In this document: piece after piece, positions 20,538 to 28,891 of the stretch
Layout: each line of letters begins with the position of its first letter
How positions within the stretch are numbered: the first letter of the stretch is position 1
DNA from: Candidatus Doudnabacteria bacterium
GTDB taxonomy: Bacteria > Patescibacteriota > Doudnabacteria > UBA920 > O2-02-FULL-48-8
Length of the DNA: 45,101 nt
Direction of reading: 5' to 3'
Assembly: GCA_019659055.1 (NCBI GenBank)
Contig: JAIFWV010000001.1
Location: forward strand, 72,123 to 117,223
The notes under the pieces: generated by a model
The model's input: the letters and a program-made list of their open reading frames with translations, nothing else
Told to the model about the DNA's origin: nothing
Database searches by the model: none
Made by a program: the position numbers and the translations under genes

Positions 20538-22096
20538 GTTCTGCGCAATATCGTGCCAAAGTGCCCTGAACCTCGGCCGTCATAATAAGCAATTTGTCCG
20601 TTGACGATCACTGAATCGATCCCAAACGACAGCTGGAACGGGTGTTCGTAAGTGGCCTGATCCGAAACTTTCTTGGGATCAATAACCACGAGGTCGGCTA
20701 TGAGGTTTTTCGCAATGGTCCCGCGGTCTGTGATCTTAATTAGGCGCGCCGGTTCGGAAGTAATTTTGCGGATCGCTTCTTCCCAGGAAATTTTTTTCTT
20801 TTCTCTGACCCATGACAAAAATCTGGGCATGGCCCCGTAACAGCGCGGGTGGACCAAATTTTCAGTCTGAGCAGTGTAGCCGGCGCCATCGGTGGCGATC
20901 ATCCCAAGCGGGGAGGCCAAAAGCTCATCCACGAGCTCATCCGACAAATTTCTGTCGAATGCCACGGCTTGAGTTTTGCAGGCGGTTAGAATATTAAGCA
21001 GGGCTTCCGCGCCGGATACTCCAGAATTGGCGGCGATGTCGGCCACAGTCTTGCCAATAAAGCCGGAATTGTTTTCCGATGTGGCGACAGTGATGTTTTT
21101 GTAATCGTATTCCTGGGTTTTGAGATATTCGAGGATTTTTTTACGCTCGACTGGTGAAGCCATCATTCTCAAAATTTCCTGCCGGCCGCCCTCATAAGCC
21201 CACTTAGGCAGATAAGTGTAGAGCACGGACCAGGAAGTGTGGTACGGATAAACGTCAAACGAAATATCAAGGCCTGAGTGGTAAGCGTCCTCGATTTTTT
21301 TGAGAGCTTGTTTTCCCAAGTGCCAATTTTTTTGGTTTTGGATCTTGAAATGAGAAATTTTCAAAGCCACGCCGGCTTTTTTGGCAATTTCGATGACTTC
21401 GTCGAGACTCTCCAAGACATGCGCGCCTTCTGAGCGCAGATGTACGGAAAGATAAGCCTCACGGGTTTTGAGATTTTTCGAGAGCTCCAAGAGCTCTTCG
21501 GCGGTGGAATTAACTTCATGCGCATAGACTAAGCCCAAAGACAAGCCAAGTGCGCCTTGCTCCAGAGACTGCGACAAAAGTTTATCCATAATCTGAATTT
21601 CATCCGATGTCGCCTTCCGGACCTGATCGCCCAGCAGACCGCGCCGCAGAGTGGCATGCCCGACTAAACTGCCGACATTGACCGCAGTTTTCTGGTGCAT
21701 GCTCCGCAGGAATTCGGCAAAGGTTGACCAGTTGATATTGATGCCGGCGAGATTATGCCATTTCTGAATTGTCTTGATAGCTTCTGTACTTGTAAGCGGT
21801 GCCAGAGATGATCCGCAGTTACCGACTATTATAGACGTGATTCCCTGTGAGATAAGACTCAATTGATCCGGCTCATCAAAAAGCGTCCAGTAAGCGTCTG
21901 AGTGGTTCTGGATATCTATAAATCCGGGTACGATGAACTTGCCGCCCGTATCAATTACGACTTTGGCTTTGGACTCTGGGATGTTTTCAGCGATTTCCGA
22001 AATCTTGCCGCCGGTAATTGCGACGTCGGATTTAAACTTTGGCTTTTTGCCCGTGCCATCGATGATTTCCCCATTTTTTAAGAGAATATCAAACAT
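20534..22096 (-). CDS. N-acyl-D-amino acid deacylase family amidohydrolase
   Basis: PGFIDIQNHSD, QGITSIIVGNCG, HLRSE, ISHFK, HPRCYGAMPRFL, ADLVV. Confidence 0.88.
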   Translation of the reverse strand: MFDILLKNGEIIDGTGKKPKFKSDVAITGGKISEIAENIPESKAKVVIDTGGKFIVPGFIDIQNHSDAYWTLFDEPDQLSLISQGITSIIVGNCGSSLAPLTSTEAIKTIQKWHNLAGININWSTFAEFLRSMHQKTAVNVGSLVGHATLRRGLLGDQVRKATSDEIQIMDKLLSQSLEQGALGLSLGLVYAHEVNSTAEELLELSKNLKTREAYLSVHLRSEGAHVLESLDEVIEIAKKAGVALKISHFKIQNQKNWHLGKQALKKIEDAYHSGLDISFDVYPYHTSWSVLYTYLPKWAYEGGRQEILRMMASPVERKKILEYLKTQEYDYKNITVATSENNSGFIGKTVADIAANSGVSGAEALLNILTACKTQAVAFDRNLSDELVDELLASPLGMIATDGAGYTAQTENLVHPRCYGAMPRFLSWVREKKKISWEEAIRKITSEPARLIKITDRGTIAKNLIADLVVIDPKKVSDQATYEHPFQLSFGIDSVIVNGQIAYYDGRGSGHFGTILRRT

Positions 22097-22115
22097 AAAA
22101 TTGAGAATTTAAGAA

Positions 22116-23162
22116 TTATCGCCCTACTAAACTTATAGCAACGCCGACTGCGGCGGACATAGCGGTAATGACCCAAAATCTCATAGTGACCTTGGTCTCT
22201 GGCCAACCGAGGGCTTCAAAATGATGATGAATTGGAGCCGAAAGAAAAACTTTTTTCTTAAATATTTTTCGAGCCCCGATCTGAATAATTACAGATCCTG
22301 ATTCTAATACCAGAACAAAACCTATAATCGGCAAGACGAAGACGGAATTAGTATAAAAAGCAATGACCGCAAGCACGGTGCCAAGTGACATAGAACCCGT
22401 ATCGCCCATAATAAATCTAGCGGGATAAATATTAAACCAAAGAAATGCCAAGAGACTTCCGACCATGACCGCGGTAAAGGTCGCCAAATCGTAACGGCCT
22501 TGTACAAAGGCGATAGTTCCGAAAGCAAAAAAACAAATGCCGAGGACCCCGGCGGCTAAGCCGTCCAAACCATCGGTTTCGTTTACCGAAAAGCTCGTTG
22601 AGATAACGACGAAAATAAAAAATGGGATATACCACAGCCCCAGATGCCAATCGCCTAGTCCTGGGACATGCAAAATATCAAACCCCAGCTTGTAATAAAA
22701 CCAATAAGCGCCGACCACAGCGACCAGGGAGTAGAAAGCCAACCTATGCCGCATGCGCATGCCGCCGCCTTTGCCGCCGCCGCGGCCAACGACGCCCAGA
22801 TAGTCGTCGAATAACCCGAGGAGCGCGGTGGCCAAAAGTACACCCAACGGCAGGAGGGTTTGCTGGCGCGATAAGAAATTCAGATAATGAAAATAATCGA
22901 GATGGACTACGCGGTCCAGAAACCAAAAGCTCAAAGCCAGGACAGCTGTCGTAAACCAGATGAGGATACCGCCCATAGTCGGCGTTCCGGCTTTTTTGGC
23001 GTGGAGTTTGCTGAAAACCGGGGTGTCACCTTCGGCACGGATTTTTTTGCCGATTTTGTTCTTATACAAAAAGTCGGTAAAGGGAGGCGTGAGCAAGATT
23101 GCCACGATAAAAGCCATTGCCGCCAGGCAGAACATTTTAATGAGTATGGGAATGGATTCCAT
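22116..23162 (-). CDS. mraY: Phospho-MurNAc-pentapeptide transferase
   Basis: KKAGTPTMGG, DD, NETDGLDGL, FIMGDTGS, APIHHHFE. Confidence 0.98.
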   Translation of the reverse strand: MESIPILIKMFCLAAMAFIVAILLTPPFTDFLYKNKIGKKIRAEGDTPVFSKLHAKKAGTPTMGGILIWFTTAVLALSFWFLDRVVHLDYFHYLNFLSRQQTLLPLGVLLATALLGLFDDYLGVVGRGGGKGGGMRMRHRLAFYSLVAVVGAYWFYYKLGFDILHVPGLGDWHLGLWYIPFFIFVVISTSFSVNETDGLDGLAAGVLGICFFAFGTIAFVQGRYDLATFTAVMVGSLLAFLWFNIYPARFIMGDTGSMSLGTVLAVIAFYTNSVFVLPIIGFVLVLESGSVIIQIGARKIFKKKVFLSAPIHHHFEALGWPETKVTMRFWVITAMSAAVGVAISLVGR

Positions 23163-23273
23163 AGCTTAAAGATTTACGATTTTGTTTCGAACAAGTAACG
23201 AATTTGCCGCTATATTATACCACACGGAAGCACTTTTGCCAAAATTAAAGCCGCCTCGTGGGCGGCAATATAA

Positions 23274-24173
23274 TTACCACCGATAAGCGTGGAAGATCCA
23301 GTCGATAAGATTGCGCGTATCATCTTCCCGGTTCGGGGTATTGAGCACAATGGTCAGGACTTTGATCCCGTTGTGATCGATTTTGATAATGAGGTTGCCC
23401 TGAGCGTCGTTAGTGAAGCCGGTCTTCACACCCACGACTTCTGAATTTTCCAAAAGCAGTTTATTGCTCGTGCGCAGGTGATGGACAAATTTCCCATCGA
23501 CGGAGCTGACATCCATGCCGCCGGTGGCGACAATTCTCTCAAGGAGGGAATATTTGAGGAACTCTTGCGCGATTTTGGATAAGTCCTGGGCTGTAGAATA
23601 ATTGTCAGGACTATCGAGTCCGGCGGGATTGGAAAAATGAGTATCGGCAAGCCCGAGCTCTGCGGCTTTGTCGTTCATCATTTTTACAAACGCCACCTCG
23701 TCTCCGCCCGTGAATCTTGCCAGGGCCTTGGCAGAATCATTGCTTGAGGGTATAAGCATAGCCTTGAGCAGGTTCTCTACTGTAAGCTGTTCCCCGGCCA
23801 GTAAACCTACGCACAAACACGTTACCTGCGTGTCAGCCTTATCTATGGTCACGACCTGGTCCTTGCTGGCATGATCAGAGACGACCATGGCAGTCATGAG
23901 TTTGGTCAGACTGGCAATCGGCAATTTTTCTGCGGGATTCTGGCTATACAGGACTGTTCCCGTGTTGAGGTCGATAGCGAGAATGGATTTGGCACTGCTA
24001 TGCGGAGCTGTAGAACCTCCGATCAACTCTGGGGAGACGGTATCCGCGGAAGGTTCTTGGTTTTCGATGCTGGCCGAAGAAACTGCAGGTAATTGCTTAT
24101 TCCATGTCTGGTGCGGAAATATCAAAACCACCGCCCCTAAAGCCGCTATGCTAAAAATGGTTTTCCTGTACAT
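23274..24173 (-). CDS. D-alanyl-D-alanine carboxypeptidase (peptidase S11)
   Basis: SxxK (ASLTK), SxN (SSND), KTG motifs; N-terminal signal/anchor. Confidence 0.93.
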   Translation of the reverse strand: MYRKTIFSIAALGAVVLIFPHQTWNKQLPAVSSASIENQEPSADTVSPELIGGSTAPHSSAKSILAIDLNTGTVLYSQNPAEKLPIASLTKLMTAMVVSDHASKDQVVTIDKADTQVTCLCVGLLAGEQLTVENLLKAMLIPSSNDSAKALARFTGGDEVAFVKMMNDKAAELGLADTHFSNPAGLDSPDNYSTAQDLSKIAQEFLKYSLLERIVATGGMDVSSVDGKFVHHLRTSNKLLLENSEVVGVKTGFTNDAQGNLIIKIDHNGIKVLTIVLNTPNREDDTRNLIDWIFHAYRW

Positions 24174-24279
24174 CTAAAAGATAATTACTGATCTGCACTG
24201 ATTTTACTAGATTTTTTGACACATATCAATTCTGCCCATATAATAATTTGGCATAATTTAGGCGGACGAGGAGAAAAAA

Positions 24280-24603
24280 ATGGAAATCACACTCACAGAC
24301 AGCAACTTTAGCGAAGAAGTCCTTAAATCAGACAAACCGTTTTTGGTGGATTTTTGGGCCGAATGGTGCGGACCCTGCAAAATGGTCTCTCCGGCCGTGA
24401 CCCAATTGGCAGACGAACTCAAGGATCACATGCGGGTGGGTAAAATCAATGTTGATGAAAACCCGAAAACTACTCAAGATTACTCGGTATTTTCTATTCC
24501 GTCTCTAAAGATATTCAAAGGCGGCAAGATTATAGGTGAAATCGTAGGCGCAGCTCCCAAACCCGTAATTGAGCTCAAAATCAAAAGCATTCTTGGGATC
24601 TGA
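24280..24603 (+). CDS. trxA: Thioredoxin
   Basis: DFWAEWCGPCK; GAGGAG RBS. Confidence 0.97.
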   Translation: MEITLTDSNFSEEVLKSDKPFLVDFWAEWCGPCKMVSPAVTQLADELKDHMRVGKINVDENPKTTQDYSVFSIPSLKIFKGGKIIGEIVGAAPKPVIELKIKSILGI

Positions 24604-24610
24604 TTCGCTC

Positions 24611-24707
24611 GGCACGTTTGCAAAAGTACCGGCCATAAAATTCTGCTGAATTTTTGGCCTACGCGCTCGGACCGTCGTCCTGCGCGAGTTACTTTCTGCA
24701 AAGTGCC
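24611..24707. repeat. Branched palindromic element (MITE-like or structured RNA)
   Basis: Imperfect terminal IR GGCACGTTTGCAAAAGTA / TACTTTCTGCAAAGTGCC enclosing two hairpins. Confidence 0.6.
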
Positions 24708-24731
24708 TCGCTTTGTTTATTATTGGTTAAC

Positions 24732-24760
24732 AAAACCCCGGAAAGAATTCCGGGGTTTTT
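24732..24760. terminator. Bidirectional Rho-independent terminator
   Basis: AAAACCCCGGAA-AGAA-TTCCGGGGTTTTT between convergent genes. Confidence 0.85.
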
Positions 24761-24782
24761 CTAAACTACCGATGAGCGAAAA

Positions 24783-25046
24783 TTAGGGTTGTGTCGATCC
24801 TGAAGCACTGCCTGATGCAGAACCTGACGCCGAACCAGATGTCCCACTGCTTGAAGATGAACTCGGCAATGTGGTGTTGGTTCCGCCGGTTGAACCTCCG
24901 CGGCGGCCAAAGATATTGGTCCCAAAGAACAGTAGAGCAAATAGGACCAAGAGTACGGCAATCACCGCCCAGACGCCTGCACCACTCCCGGTATCACGCT
25001 CGACATAGTGCTCATGAGTCTCTGTGGGTGTTGTATATACAGCCAT
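24783..25046 (-). CDS. Small single-TM protein with Ser/Gly-rich tail
   Basis: TM AVIAVLLVLFALLFFG; C-terminal SGSA repeats. Confidence 0.75.
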   Translation of the reverse strand: MAVYTTPTETHEHYVERDTGSGAGVWAVIAVLLVLFALLFFGTNIFGRRGGSTGGTNTTLPSSSSSSGTSGSASGSASGSASGSTQP

Positions 25047-25051
25047 ATGAT

Positions 25052-25116
25052 TAATTTAGAATGCAAAGTTAAAAATTCAAAATAACTTTTCGCTTTGCAT
25101 TTTTAATTTTAAATTA
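25052..25116. repeat. AT-rich heptamer-periodic imperfect inverted repeat
   Basis: AATTTAG AATGCAA AGTTAAA AATTCAA facing TTTTCGC TTTGCAT TTTTAAT TTTAAAT. Confidence 0.6.
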
Positions 25117-25117
25117 C

Positions 25118-25384
25118 CTAGTATCTGCCTGAAAGCGGTGTTCTAAATCCGCGGACGATCCAAAGCAAGAGCACTGAGCCCAGAACAGCCACGATCAAGC
25201 TGACGAAGTTGAAACCAGTCACACTCGGACCTCCGAATAGAGTCATGAGCCAGCCGCCGATGAGGGCGCCGACGATGCCGACAATGATGTTGGCAGGAAT
25301 CCCCATCTCCGCATCCGTACGCATAATAATGCTTGCAAGCCAACCGGCGATACCTCCCAAAATTATCCACGCTAATACTGTCAT
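25118..25384 (-). CDS. GlsB/YeaQ/YmgE (transglycosylase-associated) stress membrane protein
   Basis: WIILGGIAGWLA, NIIVGIVGALIGG, SLIVAVLGSVLLL. Confidence 0.92.
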   Translation of the reverse strand: MTVLAWIILGGIAGWLASIIMRTDAEMGIPANIIVGIVGALIGGWLMTLFGGPSVTGFNFVSLIVAVLGSVLLLWIVRGFRTPLSGRY

Positions 25385-25442
25385 TTATATCACCCCTTTC
25401 TCTTTAATTAATTATTTAAGATTCAAAAAGGAACATTGTAGT

Positions 25443-25808
25443 TTAGTTAAAGCCTGAGCCGTCGCCAAATCCTGAGTAACGGTTGTTCTTCCAAGATGAC
25501 TTAATCCGGCGCCAGTGCCATTTAAGATCGTCGGCCAGATCACGCAATTCGTTACTTGAGATGCCTTTGACTTGGGCGTACTTATTGGTCACTTCATCTA
25601 CAACTGAATCATATTTGTCTTGCGTCAGGTCGGAAATCTGGGAAGCTTTATCGTAAACTTGCTTCTTGAGATTTTGGAATTCTTCGTTCTGGCCGATTTT
25701 GTCCGAAACCTTTCTGCCAAATAACGCCCAAGCAACGGCTCCGGCGATGAAGGCGATCAATCCGGCTCCCAAAATATTGCTTCTATGCACGTAGTCTTTC
25801 TGAAACAT
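25443..25808 (-). CDS. YtxH-like protein
   Basis: Gly/Ala TM (GAGLIAFIAGAVAWALF) then helical charged domain. Confidence 0.55.
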   Translation of the reverse strand: MFQKDYVHRSNILGAGLIAFIAGAVAWALFGRKVSDKIGQNEEFQNLKKQVYDKASQISDLTQDKYDSVVDEVTNKYAQVKGISSNELRDLADDLKWHWRRIKSSWKNNRYSGFGDGSGFN

Positions 25809-25818
25809 ATTTCTCTCC

Positions 25819-26046
25819 TTAGAAAATAAATCTTAATGCTCGAAGTACAAATCTGGTAAATGCTAAATTACGCCAGGCGCGCGTCGCGCTATGCACGTGT
25901 TCCAAACTTTCATCGAGTTTGCGCACGCTTCGGTCTGCGAGTTTCTTAAGGTAAACCAAAAGAACGATCAAGCCGAGGACAAACAAACTCACGAGAATCA
26001 GAGCAATGCTAGCCGTCCAATAGAAAAATTCTCTTATTCCGTCCAT
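25819..26046 (-). CDS. Small membrane protein (YtxG/DUF948-like architecture)
   Basis: N-terminal TM plus short amphipathic helix; directly upstream of the YtxH-like gene. Confidence 0.55.
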   Translation of the reverse strand: MDGIREFFYWTASIALILVSLFVLGLIVLLVYLKKLADRSVRKLDESLEHVHSATRAWRNLAFTRFVLRALRFIF

Positions 26047-26210
26047 AGAGATATTCTAGTCTTCGGGCTCAATCTCGCTACTGTTGGCATTGACTAAAGC
26101 ATTTGGGCAAGATCACAAGCAGGGTTGGAGCTTATTACATATTTGTGGACAAAAGAAAAACCCCAAAATCTGGGGTTGGAAATTGAAATTGGTATTTGCA
26201 AATTATAGGT

Positions 26211-26705
26211 TTAGGTGTGGCGATCAGCGACCGAAGACGCGCCATAGGAATCGGGCTTAGTCTTCACAGCAAATCCCGAGCCCTTGATCATACCCACGAC
26301 TTCGTTGATTAATTTTTTGGTCTCGCCGTTCGGGCCGACATCGACATGGATGGTAAGATTGTAGTCGATGATTTCTTTCGCTCTGAGGTTTTCTATCAAT
26401 TGCTCAGCCAGGCGGAGGGAATACAGAGCTTCCTGGTAGATGCGATCACGGAGCGTATGCAGGCTGGTCTCGTGGCGTTTGGACCAAAAGTATATACCGC
26501 CTTTGTTTTTGCGGTGGACCACTATTGCCGAGACAAACTCGGCCTCATGTCCCGACGGCATGGAGTCGGTACCGATGATGAGCTCATACTCAAGCCCCGG
26601 CGCCACACCCATATAACCGAGGAGTTTTTCCAAAACACCATCAAAATCAAGCTTTCCATGTGTCGGGCTTCGGAACTCGTTGAAGTTGAAATCCTTCATG
26701 ATCAT
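26211..26705 (-). CDS. RNase H-like YkuK (DUF458) family protein
   Basis: LIIGTDS, AIVVHR..KGG, LRDRIYQEA, IHVDVG.NGET, KPDSYGASSVADRHT; start 26705 or 26699. Confidence 0.9.
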   Translation of the reverse strand: MIMKDFNFNEFRSPTHGKLDFDGVLEKLLGYMGVAPGLEYELIIGTDSMPSGHEAEFVSAIVVHRKNKGGIYFWSKRHETSLHTLRDRIYQEALYSLRLAEQLIENLRAKEIIDYNLTIHVDVGPNGETKKLINEVVGMIKGSGFAVKTKPDSYGASSVADRHT

Positions 26706-26712
26706 ACAGAGG

Positions 26713-27171
26713 TCAGACCTGCGGCTTGTATTTGCTTTGGATGTAGTAGATGCCGTAAGTACACACTGCAACGAATACTGTCATGACGATGTAAAATTCG
26801 ATCACTGTGTGGTGCTGAGAGAAATACACCCCGTATTCCAAGGCCAATTGCAAAGCCATAATGATAGTAAAGACATAATATGGTATCAGTACTACTGCGT
26901 ATCTCTGCTTGTGAGTACTAATGCTGACATTGACGATGATCGAAATCACAAGCAGTGGAATAATAAAAAACGCGTGGACTAGGATCACCCCGAGGTTATT
27001 GAAATAATCAAGCGGCGCCGGTGCCAAGAATCGGCCCATGTCGTAGAGGATTCTTTCGCCGAGCGCAATCAGTGACAACACCAGGAGTCCAATGATAAAT
27101 ACTCCCGAACCCGTGAGTTTGGTTGTGAATATGCTCCCCTGTTCATTTTCTGGGGTTTCTTTGATAAACAT
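26713..27171 (-). CDS. Hypothetical 4-TM membrane protein
   Basis: Four hydrophobic segments; resembles the C-terminal part of the upstream gene. Confidence 0.78.
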   Translation of the reverse strand: MFIKETPENEQGSIFTTKLTGSGVFIIGLLVLSLIALGERILYDMGRFLAPAPLDYFNNLGVILVHAFFIIPLLVISIIVNVSISTHKQRYAVVLIPYYVFTIIMALQLALEYGVYFSQHHTVIEFYIVMTVFVAVCTYGIYYIQSKYKPQV

Positions 27172-27172
27172 T

Positions 27173-27751
27173 CTAGGCGCTCCTCATATATTTTTGGACA
27201 AAAAAGATGATTCCGGTGAGAACCAAAACAGTCATCACAAGTACGGCATAGACGCCGTAGGTCGCATTTTGATCCATGATGTACTGACTGACCTGAAATA
27301 AGAGCTTGAGCAGGAGCCAGCCGGCGACAAAGTAATAAGGCTGAGAAATAATCATGAACTTATTTTTTTGCTCGTGCTCATGGAACGAATAATGCAGTAG
27401 GAAAGCTAGAAGCAAGAACGGCAGAACAATAAACACGTTTATGATGAGTTTGCCGCTGGTGCTTAGAGACGTAGAGACCAAATCCTTGACGACGTGGTTT
27501 GAGAGTATGAGCAGGGCAAAAAACAGCACCACGGCAAGCATTACGCTCAGTGGTGAATTCCATGAATGTTTCCGGCCAGGATTAGCTGCTAAAGCGCTCG
27601 TTCCCGTGATGGCTGTGCTCGCCGAGATTAGCGCTTCGCTAGCCTGGCCTTCGGTCCAGCCGTTGAGCATGAGTGCCTGCTTAATAACCTCATCACTGAG
27701 GTTATTGGCCCGTGCATGCCGGATATAATCTAAAGATTTTTGGTCAATCAT
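27173..27751 (-). CDS. Hypothetical membrane protein (small helical N-domain plus 4 TM)
   Basis: LDYI....N.SDEVIKQALMLNGW N-domain, four TM helices. Confidence 0.8.
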   Translation of the reverse strand: MIDQKSLDYIRHARANNLSDEVIKQALMLNGWTEGQASEALISASTAITGTSALAANPGRKHSWNSPLSVMLAVVLFFALLILSNHVVKDLVSTSLSTSGKLIINVFIVLPFLLLAFLLHYSFHEHEQKNKFMIISQPYYFVAGWLLLKLLFQVSQYIMDQNATYGVYAVLVMTVLVLTGIIFFVQKYMRSA

Positions 27752-27801
27752 TGTAAATTTATTATATATTACGCCAGCAATCAGGGCAAATGATCTGGTG
27801 A

Positions 27802-28173
27802 TTATTGAACTAGCTCTTGGTATTGGCCGGGCGCTTGTTTCAATTGATCCACAGTCAGGCCAGTGCTTGAGAACATAAGATTCGTGGTCAGAAGCAGTAA
27901 TGCGATCGAGGCTACGGTAAGCCCCAGACAGACGTAAGCCGCAGTTTTGCCGTCGGATTTGCCTGAGGTAAAGAATTTTACAGCATAAAGCAACCCAAAC
28001 GGCGGCACTGCCAAGGAGACCATATATCCCCAGCGTTTTTCCTTGGAGGTAAGCATCTGGTCATTGGCCCCGCTGAGCGCGGCCATGGCTAAACTCGCGA
28101 CATCAATTTCTTTGTTGGCGCTGTGCAGATCTTTGTATTGTTTTATTTGTTTCGCAAGCTCGTCCTCATTCAT
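27802..28173 (-). CDS. Hypothetical membrane protein
   Basis: SLAVPPFGLLYAV hairpin and a C-terminal TM; GGTATAAT just upstream. Confidence 0.75.
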   Translation of the reverse strand: MNEDELAKQIKQYKDLHSANKEIDVASLAMAALSGANDQMLTSKEKRWGYMVSLAVPPFGLLYAVKFFTSGKSDGKTAAYVCLGLTVASIALLLLTTNLMFSSTGLTVDQLKQAPGQYQELVQ

Positions 28174-28237
28174 GTCTCTATTATACCAAAAAAATCGCCC
28201 AGTGTCCCCTCGATTACATTAATTAGCAAGGATAAAC

Positions 28238-28804
28238 CTATTTTGTGAAAGTGATGTGCTTCAGGATTTCCTCTTGTAACGATTTTTCCATTTGGGGCGG
28301 GAATGAGAATACATAATAGCCGTTGTTCTGTACTACTACACCATCGTTAATATCGTTTCCTTGAATCACAACCCAGTAGCCACTCTTGGATCCCACTATG
28401 ATGTTCTGGCCCTTAGTGTATGAATTACCTAGCATACTAAAGAGATCACTTGCGTACTGCACGTTAAAATCATAATCATAACCATTACTCTTTCCAGCAT
28501 CGACTTTTGCTTTAGTGCTAGGACTTAATATAGATGCAACCCCAGTATTATTATCAGCAGAAGGAGTGACTATTACCCACGTGGATGGATATTCAATTGA
28601 AACCTCTTTGGCACTAAAAGTCTTAAAAGGAGCCTTATAGTCCTGGCTTGTGGGAGGAGGCGTAGGAGTGGGGACTTGAGTTGGATTTGGAGTCGGAGTG
28701 GCTTGACTTACTAAATCATTAGAAGAATTTCCATGCCAAATTAGATAAGCAACTACTGCTATAACCACTATAGCAACCACCACTAAAATTACATTTTTTC
28801 TCAT
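28238..28804 (-). CDS. Membrane-anchored exported protein with PT linker (PsbP/DcrB-like domain possible)
   Basis: N-terminal TM, TPTPNPTQVPTPTPPP linker, SIEYPSTW; AT-rich codons. Confidence 0.7.
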   Translation of the reverse strand: MRKNVILVVVAIVVIAVVAYLIWHGNSSNDLVSQATPTPNPTQVPTPTPPPTSQDYKAPFKTFSAKEVSIEYPSTWVIVTPSADNNTGVASILSPSTKAKVDAGKSNGYDYDFNVQYASDLFSMLGNSYTKGQNIIVGSKSGYWVVIQGNDINDGVVVQNNGYYVFSFPPQMEKSLQEEILKHITFTK

Positions 28805-28838
28805 TTGATTAAGTTTAATAACGATTTAATTATAGTAG

Positions 28839-28871
28839 AAAAATAGGGAGAGCGCACTGTGCCCTCTCCCT
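28839..28871 (-). terminator. Rho-independent terminator after the M23 gene
   Basis: AGGGAGAG...CTCTCCCT stem followed on the minus strand by ATTTTTCT. Confidence 0.65.
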
Positions 28872-28891
28872 CACCGTTTGCGTGGTCCGCG

